Part shown: positions 58,420-64,000 of the stretch, piece after piece
How positions within the stretch are numbered: the stretch's first letter is position 1
Layout of the letters: every line of letters starts with the position of its first letter
Assembly: GCA_028066595.1 (NCBI GenBank)
Contig: JALCBJ010000011.1
Coordinates: 34,619 to 98,618, forward strand
DNA length: 64,000 nt
Direction of reading: 5' to 3'
From: Thermoanaerobaculia bacterium
GTDB taxonomy: Bacteria > Acidobacteriota > Thermoanaerobaculia > Multivoradales > J023
Made by a program: the position numbers and the translations under genes
Notes under the pieces: generated by a model
Database searches by the model: none
Told to the model about the DNA's origin: nothing
What the model saw: the letters and a program-made list of their open reading frames with translations, nothing else

Positions 58420-60585
58420 TCAAGTCTCTTCGTGCTGTAGGTCTCGGTCGGTGTCACGCTCGGACGGTGGACCGCCGTCCTCCGTGCCGTCGAAGTCTGT
58501 ACCGTCTGCTCCGTACCCGTCACCTTCACCCAGCAGATGCTCCGTATCTCCCGAAGGCAAGACCACCATCTCGTCTCCGAAATCGTCGACAGTGAAGACC
58601 TCGGCCACCGAGAGAAGACGCTCTGCTTCGAGCGACAGGTTCTGGGTGTTCATCGACAACTGTTCGGCAGCGGAGAGGTTCTGTTGCGCGATCTGCGCGA
58701 TGCGCTCGACGGCCTTGACCACGAGGTCGCCGCCCTGCTTCTGTTCCCTGCTGGCGTCGGCGACCTGTTGTGTCATGCGGTTCATCACCTCGACGGCTTT
58801 CATCATGTCGCGTGCGCCGTTGGCCTGCTCTTTGGCCGCCGATGCCAGCTGGCGGGTGACGTTCTGCATGTGGGTGGACGTCGAGAGGATCTGCGCAGCG
58901 CCGCCGGACTGCTCTTGGGTAGCCGAATAGACCTCGCGTACTAGCTCGGACGTACGGGTCACGGAGCCGACGATCTGCGACAGGATCTCCCGCGTGAGGC
59001 TGATGGCATCGTCGGTGGACTTCTGAACGTTGTCCACGACCTGGACGATCTCGCGGGTCGAAGAGACCGACCGCTCTGCCAATCGCTTCACCTCTTCGGC
59101 GACGACGGCAAAGCCGCGGCCGGCATCTCCGGCGTGGGCGGCCTCGATGGCTGCATTGAGCGCCAGCAGGTTGGTCTGGTCCGCGATGTCCTCGATGATA
59201 CCGACGATCTTGCCGATGTCTTTCGAAGCGCTGCCGATGGAACCGATCATCGTCGATAGTTCCTCGCCGCGAGTGGTCGCGATCTTGGCCGCGTCGGCCG
59301 ATACGTCGTCCACCACGCGGACCTTGGCCTCGATGGACTGGATCGACGCCGCCATCTCTTCGATGGTGGAGGACGTCTCGTCCACGGAGGTGAGGAGGTT
59401 GGTCGAGTTCTTCGCGACTTCCTCGATCGAAGCTCCCATTTCCTGGATCGAAGACGAGGTCTGGTCGACATTGACCGCGAGGGCTTGGGACGACTTCGCA
59501 ACGCTGTCGATCTGTGCAGCGATCTCGACCATGGTGGATAGGGTCTCGTCGGCGGAGCCGCTCTGGGTCTCCGCGCCCTTGGTGATCTGGGCCGACGACA
59601 CCGAAATCTCGTTGGCGGCCTGGGCGACGGCATGAGCCGCCTCCTTGACCCGGCCGATCATCTCGCGCATGTTCTCCGACATGTCCCGGATGGCACGGCT
59701 GAAGAGGTCGGCTTCCGAACGCGGTTCGATCTGCTGGCGAAGATCGCCGGTAGCAATGGCGCCGGCGAAATCGGCCATCTCGCGTAGATACTCGAGCATG
59801 CTTTCCATGGAAAGCAGCAGACGGCCGATTTCGTCCTTGTAGTCCTGGGTATCGACCGAAACTTCCATGTTGCCTTGGGAGAGCTGATCGGCCACGCTGA
59901 CGGCAAGACTCACCGGCTGGTTGATCGAGCTGTAGACCAGGAACGCCATCGCGATCAGGGCCGCCATCAGACCCAGGCCGACCCCTCCCATGACCAGCTG
60001 AGATCTGTGCTGTCGACGAGAGAGCTCGTCGAGCTCGCCACGGAGGCTCTCCTTGTAGCCATCCGCGAACTGCCTCAACTGGGTGTCGAACTCGTTGTAT
60101 TTCGGTCCGATCGGCTCCAGCAAGGTCTGATCGACGAGATCCAACTCGCCTTGGGCTGCAGTTACAGCCTCCTCGGTGGTGGTGTAGACGAATTCGAAGT
60201 AGTCCTCGAAGGAGGTCTGCAACTCCTGGAGCTTGTCCGGGTCGAACGTGGGGTTCTGCTTGGCGGTTTCGAATCGCTCCAGTGCTTGGTCACGGCGATC
60301 ATCCGCCCAGAACGCAGCGTCTTCGTCCAGGGTCGAGATCCAGTCGATGAAGTACTGGTTCTGGATCAAGAAGACATCGGTCTGGAGTTCCTGGACTGTG
60401 ACCAGGCCGGGTGCATAGAACTCCTTGACCTTGTCAGCAGACTCCTCCACGGTTCGACCGGTCAGAAACGCGACGCCGAGAATGATGGCGAAGCCGATCA
60501 CGGCGATGGCGGGGCTGACCAGCACCTTGGTGCGCAGCTTCAACCAATTGAGTGACAGTAGGCGACTGGAATTGGACGTGGACAT
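58420..60585 (-). CDS. Methyl-accepting chemotaxis protein (2 TM, helical periplasmic sensor, 2 HAMP, extended signalling domain)
   Basis: [40 protein letters not shown]; HAMP DEIGRL; methylation consensus [10 protein letters not shown]. Confidence 0.95.
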   Translation of the reverse strand: MSTSNSSRLLSLNWLKLRTKVLVSPAIAVIGFAIILGVAFLTGRTVEESADKVKEFYAPGLVTVQELQTDVFLIQNQYFIDWISTLDEDAAFWADDRRDQALERFETAKQNPTFDPDKLQELQTSFEDYFEFVYTTTEEAVTAAQGELDLVDQTLLEPIGPKYNEFDTQLRQFADGYKESLRGELDELSRRQHRSQLVMGGVGLGLMAALIAMAFLVYSSINQPVSLAVSVADQLSQGNMEVSVDTQDYKDEIGRLLLSMESMLEYLREMADFAGAIATGDLRQQIEPRSEADLFSRAIRDMSENMREMIGRVKEAAHAVAQAANEISVSSAQITKGAETQSGSADETLSTMVEIAAQIDSVAKSSQALAVNVDQTSSSIQEMGASIEEVAKNSTNLLTSVDETSSTIEEMAASIQSIEAKVRVVDDVSADAAKIATTRGEELSTMIGSIGSASKDIGKIVGIIEDIADQTNLLALNAAIEAAHAGDAGRGFAVVAEEVKRLAERSVSSTREIVQVVDNVQKSTDDAISLTREILSQIVGSVTRTSELVREVYSATQEQSGGAAQILSTSTHMQNVTRQLASAAKEQANGARDMMKAVEVMNRMTQQVADASREQKQGGDLVVKAVERIAQIAQQNLSAAEQLSMNTQNLSLEAERLLSVAEVFTVDDFGDEMVVLPSGDTEHLLGEGDGYGADGTDFDGTEDGGPPSERDTDRDLQHEET

Positions 60586-60618
60586 CAGAGAACTCCGGCG
60601 GTCACGGGGTGAGTGCCG

Positions 60619-61182
60619 TCATTTTTCGGTGACTAAGATGGTCTTGACGCCTTCGGAAAGCGCAGCGTCTGAGGAAACATAGCCGACGCCGCCCTCGTCT
60701 TCGGCGACTGCCTCGATCACGTCGAGGTCGGATTCGAGCTCTTCGGGCGGGACGTCTCGTCCGGAGAAGATCATTCGCTGCCAGTAGCTCTTGATTGCCG
60801 AGACGCTCTTGCCGTGGACCGAGTGCGTGAATGCCTCGCGTACCTCGGACAGTTCGAGCTGATCGAAGGCTTCGACGCCAGCCTCGCTATCCTGCCAACG
60901 CTTGATCTTTTTCAAAAACATCTTCGACAGGCGATCCTTGTCGACGCTGGTGGCAGGATTGTCTGCGTGAACGATGACGACGAAGGCGGGCTCGACCATC
61001 GCGAAGGCTGTTTCGGCCTGACCGTGAGAGAAACCGACCGTGCCGAATACCATCAGGGTGGCCAGAGCGAACTGGATGCCGAATCGCGAGGAACGGCAGC
61101 CCGCAAGATATCTCGTAGCCGAGATCCGAGCTTGCCGGGTGTCCGCGAACACCCAGGGGCAAGCACGGATCGACCGCTTCAT
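60619..61182 (-). CDS. Small periplasmic PstS-like substrate-binding-fold protein (start uncertain, 61182 or 61053)
   Basis: FVVIVHADNP, LSKMFLKK..RW, REAF, KSYWQRMIFSGR..PP, GGVGYV; hydrophobic segment ending GQA. Confidence 0.75.
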   Translation of the reverse strand: MKRSIRACPWVFADTRQARISATRYLAGCRSSRFGIQFALATLMVFGTVGFSHGQAETAFAMVEPAFVVIVHADNPATSVDKDRLSKMFLKKIKRWQDSEAGVEAFDQLELSEVREAFTHSVHGKSVSAIKSYWQRMIFSGRDVPPEELESDLDVIEAVAEDEGGVGYVSSDAALSEGVKTILVTEK

Positions 61183-62084
61183 GCTGCCTCCTCTCGCAAC
61201 ACGAGCGCTCGATCGACATCGAGCAATAGAATCAATGAGTCCTCCTGATGATATACCCCGAGAATGTAGTCACTTTGGATCGTCATCACGTCTTCCGGGG
61301 GTGGCTGTACCTGATGGAGATCCAGGTGGACCACTTGATGCACCGCATCGACCAGTAGGCCCAAGACGCGACCGCGCGACGCGACGGCGACGACGCGGCT
61401 CTGACGACCGATCTCGGTTGGTTCCAGTCCGACCCTCATTCTCAAATCGACTACCGGAATCACGCGGCCCCGTAGATTGGTGACTCCGCGAACCGGTCGC
61501 GGCGCGTGGGGCACACGTGTGATGTTGGCTACCCGCACGACCTGGCGAACGGGTTCCACGGGCAAGGCGAACGTCTCGTCTGCAAGGCTAAACGTGACCC
61601 AGGTCTCCCATTTCGCTTCCGGACCCTTGTCCTTCTCCTGTTGCTCCTGGCGATTCAGCAACTGATCCGCGAAGGAAAAGAGACGATGAGGATCGATGCC
61701 TTCGTCCGGAGAGCCACCGGCGGGTGAGTCCTTGGATTCGCTGTCTTCAGTGTCCGGTTCCGCGACGGAGGCCTCAGGCAGGTCGTCCGTCGCGGCGCCT
61801 TCATCCGCCGGGCCCTTTTCGTCCGCCGAGCCCGTTTCATCTGCCGAGCCCGTTTCATCTGCCGAGCCCTTCTTCTTCAGCAAATCCCCGGCGAATCCGA
61901 AAGCCGGCAGAGAGCGCTTCGGTTTGGGGGCCTCGGACTTCGCTTCCGGTCGGGAGGCACCCTTCGCCCCGTTTCCGTCCGAATCCGAGCTCTCGTCCAC
62001 GACCCCGCTCCCGGACTCGCCCGTCGTCTCGTCGACCGTAGGGTCGGGACTCGCTTTCTTGGTTCGGCGCTTCTTGGAACTCAT
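61179..62084 (-). CDS. cheW: CheW with long acidic disordered N-terminal extension
   Basis: VTFSLADETFALPV, ITRVPHAP..VRGVTNLRGRVIPVVDLR, GLLVDAV. Confidence 0.92.
   Translation of the reverse strand: MSSKKRRTKKASPDPTVDETTGESGSGVVDESSDSDGNGAKGASRPEAKSEAPKPKRSLPAFGFAGDLLKKKGSADETGSADETGSADEKGPADEGAATDDLPEASVAEPDTEDSESKDSPAGGSPDEGIDPHRLFSFADQLLNRQEQQEKDKGPEAKWETWVTFSLADETFALPVEPVRQVVRVANITRVPHAPRPVRGVTNLRGRVIPVVDLRMRVGLEPTEIGRQSRVVAVASRGRVLGLLVDAVHQVVHLDLHQVQPPPEDVMTIQSDYILGVYHQEDSLILLLDVDRALVLREEAA
61800..61871. repeat. 4 x 18-bp in-frame tandem repeat in cheW (GSADET/GSADEK/GPADE)
   Basis: Plus-strand units TTCATCCGCCGGGCCCTT, TTCGTCCGCCGAGCCCGT, TTCATCTGCCGAGCCCGT, TTCATCTGCCGAGCCCTT. Confidence 0.9.
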
Positions 62085-62162
62085 CCCTACAGGTTCATAA
62101 TTGGCCGTTGGATCGCTTCAGCGTGACGCCGTGGCAGGCCGCTTGTTCCGGTCCGCTACGAC

Positions 62163-63866
62163 TCACGATATTTCGTCGTGAACCGAGGATATGGCCGAAG
62201 GCGGAATCGTCACCAAGCCGGCCGGGTCGAGAATCATGATCACGCGTCCGTCGCCGAGAATGGTCGAACCTGAGATCCCTGAGGGTTGACCTACGATTCT
62301 GTCCAGTCCCTTGACGACGATATCACGGATGCCCACCAGCCGATCCGCTACCAGACCCCGCAGGCGTCCGTTGACGTCGACCACGATGATGAAACCTTTC
62401 TCTCGCACGCCGGTCGCCGTCTCGAACGCATCGCCCAGATCCAGGAGGGGCAGCACCTGATGACGCCATCGAACGACGGCCGCACGATTCATTTCGTGAA
62501 GCGTTTCGTTCTCGCGCAAGAGGGTCTCGGTCACGGCGGTGAGCGGCAGGGCATAGTCTTCGCCGTCGACCGTCAGGAGGAGAGACCGGAGGATCGACGC
62601 GGACACCGGCAAGTGAAGAGCGAACGAGGTGCCCATCCCGGGTTCAGACTGCACCTTGATGCGTCCGCCGTGGGCTTCGACGCTTCTCTTGACCGCCGCC
62701 ATGCCGACGCCGCGTCCTGCGGCCAGATCGGCTGACTTGCGGGTGGAAACTCCCTCTTCGAACAGGAGCGCCAGGTCGGACGCTCCAGCCGCCAGTTCCG
62801 GCGCTACGGATCTAGCCTTCTTTCGGAGCGCCCCGGTATCGATCCCGGCACCGTCGTCGGTCACCTCGATGCGGACCTCGCTGCCGTCGACGGCGGCCGA
62901 GAGTTGGATCACTCCCTGTTCATCTTTGCCGGCAGCTCGCCGGGAGTCCGGTGTTTCGATGCCGTGGATGACAGCGTTCCGCACGACGTGTCCAAGAGCG
63001 TCGCCAGCGGCTTCCAGTAGTGTCTTGTCGATCGGCGTGTTGCCGCCACGAATCTCGAAATCGATCTTCTTACCCTCGCGGCGCGACTCGTCGTGGACGA
63101 TGCGCGACAGGGATCGAAAGAGTCCCTGAAGGGGAACCATGCCCAGGTCCGTGACCAGCTCTTGCAGGAGACGCAGCGTCTTCTCGAGATTCTGGCGAGC
63201 GTCTTCGACGTCTTCCCAAGCCGAGGCTGCCACGTTGACGAATTCGTCCGGCAGCTCGAGTTGGGAGTTCTCGGCGATTCCCCGACTGTGTTCGATCGCG
63301 TCCGCCAGGCGGTTCCTGGCGATCAGAGTCTCAGCCTGTACTTCCACGAGCTGATCGATTTTGGAGAACGACACACGCACGCTGCCGGCGACGTCGCGAG
63401 CCGAAGCTCCGCGTTCGCTCGAGCCCCCTGGCTCGCCGCCGATCGGCTCCCCGAAACCGTCCACAGTCTCGGCGTCGGCCAGACCGGATTCCGACAACGT
63501 TGCCTCCGGGGCTTCCGTGCCAACCGGAGCGCCCGCCTGGGCGGATTCCTCAGGTGTCTGTATTTCGTCCAGCCCGCCACGCAGCAAGTCGAGGGTCTTG
63601 AGCAGACCGTCGACCTCCGGAGCGTCCAGGTCGAGCTCCAAGATGTCGTCTTCCATCTCATGGGCTAGGTGCTGCAGGTCGCTGAAGCCCATCATGCCCG
63701 CATTGCCTTTCAGGGTGTGGAGCTCCCGCTTGGCCTGGGCCAGGGCTTCCTGCCGCTCGTCTGCGTCGCCCGAAGCCATCTGCAAAAGCGTGGCTTCTAC
63801 CTCGTCGGCCCGCTCTTTGGCCTCGAGCAGAAACTCCTCGAGAAGCTCCTGAAAGCCGGAGTGCAT
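62163..63866 (-). CDS. cheA: Chemotaxis histidine kinase (Hpt-dimer-HATPase-CheW; no P2, no REC)
   Basis: RELHTLKGNAGMMG, HVVRNAVIHGIE, DDGAGID, GRGVGM, SGSTILGDGRVIMILD. Confidence 0.95.
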   Translation of the reverse strand: MHSGFQELLEEFLLEAKERADEVEATLLQMASGDADERQEALAQAKRELHTLKGNAGMMGFSDLQHLAHEMEDDILELDLDAPEVDGLLKTLDLLRGGLDEIQTPEESAQAGAPVGTEAPEATLSESGLADAETVDGFGEPIGGEPGGSSERGASARDVAGSVRVSFSKIDQLVEVQAETLIARNRLADAIEHSRGIAENSQLELPDEFVNVAASAWEDVEDARQNLEKTLRLLQELVTDLGMVPLQGLFRSLSRIVHDESRREGKKIDFEIRGGNTPIDKTLLEAAGDALGHVVRNAVIHGIETPDSRRAAGKDEQGVIQLSAAVDGSEVRIEVTDDGAGIDTGALRKKARSVAPELAAGASDLALLFEEGVSTRKSADLAAGRGVGMAAVKRSVEAHGGRIKVQSEPGMGTSFALHLPVSASILRSLLLTVDGEDYALPLTAVTETLLRENETLHEMNRAAVVRWRHQVLPLLDLGDAFETATGVREKGFIIVVDVNGRLRGLVADRLVGIRDIVVKGLDRIVGQPSGISGSTILGDGRVIMILDPAGLVTIPPSAISSVHDEIS

Positions 63867-63954
63867 TCAGTCACTTCTCCGCTCGGTTCCAATGCCGCGC
63901 CGGACGAGATGATCGCCGCCGCGGGTGGATGGGCCATTCCGCAGCATTGCGGCA

Positions 63955-63983
63955 AGTCTGGTGCCAGCGTTCGGCGATGTCAA
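63955..63983 (-). promoter_or_regulatory. Candidate sigma70 promoter of the che operon
   Basis: Minus strand TTGACA(63983-78)-N17-CAGACT(63960-55), ~90 bp upstream of cheA. Confidence 0.6.
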
Positions 63984-64000
63984 GGCGAATCGACACCCGA

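Noticed and set aside
60619-61182. Phosphate transport operon (pstS)
   Set aside because: The protein is about half the size of PstS and there is no pstCAB.
61800-61871. Possible mini CRISPR array
   Set aside because: Contiguous in-frame 18-bp units with no spacers, inside cheW; no cas genes.
63868-64000. 3' end of an upstream gene such as cheY
   Set aside because: The open minus-strand frame I translated shows no receiver-domain features, and the region holds a good sigma70 promoter; sequence beyond the window is not visible.

Overview
GC-rich, gene-dense bacterial chromosomal window. Two VWFA-related 'Acidobacterial' proteins, an ADOP permease with its PadR regulator, a CRTAC1/FG-GAP protein and a Ser/Thr kinase-cyclase fusion point to Acidobacteriota, probably Thermoanaerobaculia-like (inference from gene families). 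Housekeeping genes: ppc, ychF, rsmI, murA, lgt, thiD, egtD, an M32 carboxypeptidase and an SLT. I saw no rRNA, tRNA, CRISPR array, transposase or phage module. Main points of interest: (1) a glycan-modification locus (46.2-54.4 kb) in which a NodU/SxtI carbamoyltransferase, an SxtJ-like membrane protein and a 50-aa SxtK/DUF5989 microprotein ending in the DltX/AlgI-type 'FVYTLF' motif sit with an AlgX/AlgJ-like SGNH enzyme but no MBOAT, suggesting an undescribed transmembrane carbamoyl relay; (2) a Myxococcus Che7-like operon (cheA-cheW-PBP-mcp-HEAT-cheR-cheB) with no cheY, an inserted periplasmic binding protein and an MCP lengthened by 28-aa repeats; (3) a candidate structured ~185-nt ncRNA with its own promoter and terminator upstream of an ECF sigma operon, plus a second orphan plus-strand terminator near 37.05 kb; (4) two genes broken by small frameshifts (a DUF1570/TPR peptidase and PadR), possibly assembly errors. 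All family calls come from motif recognition by eye; no database search was run.
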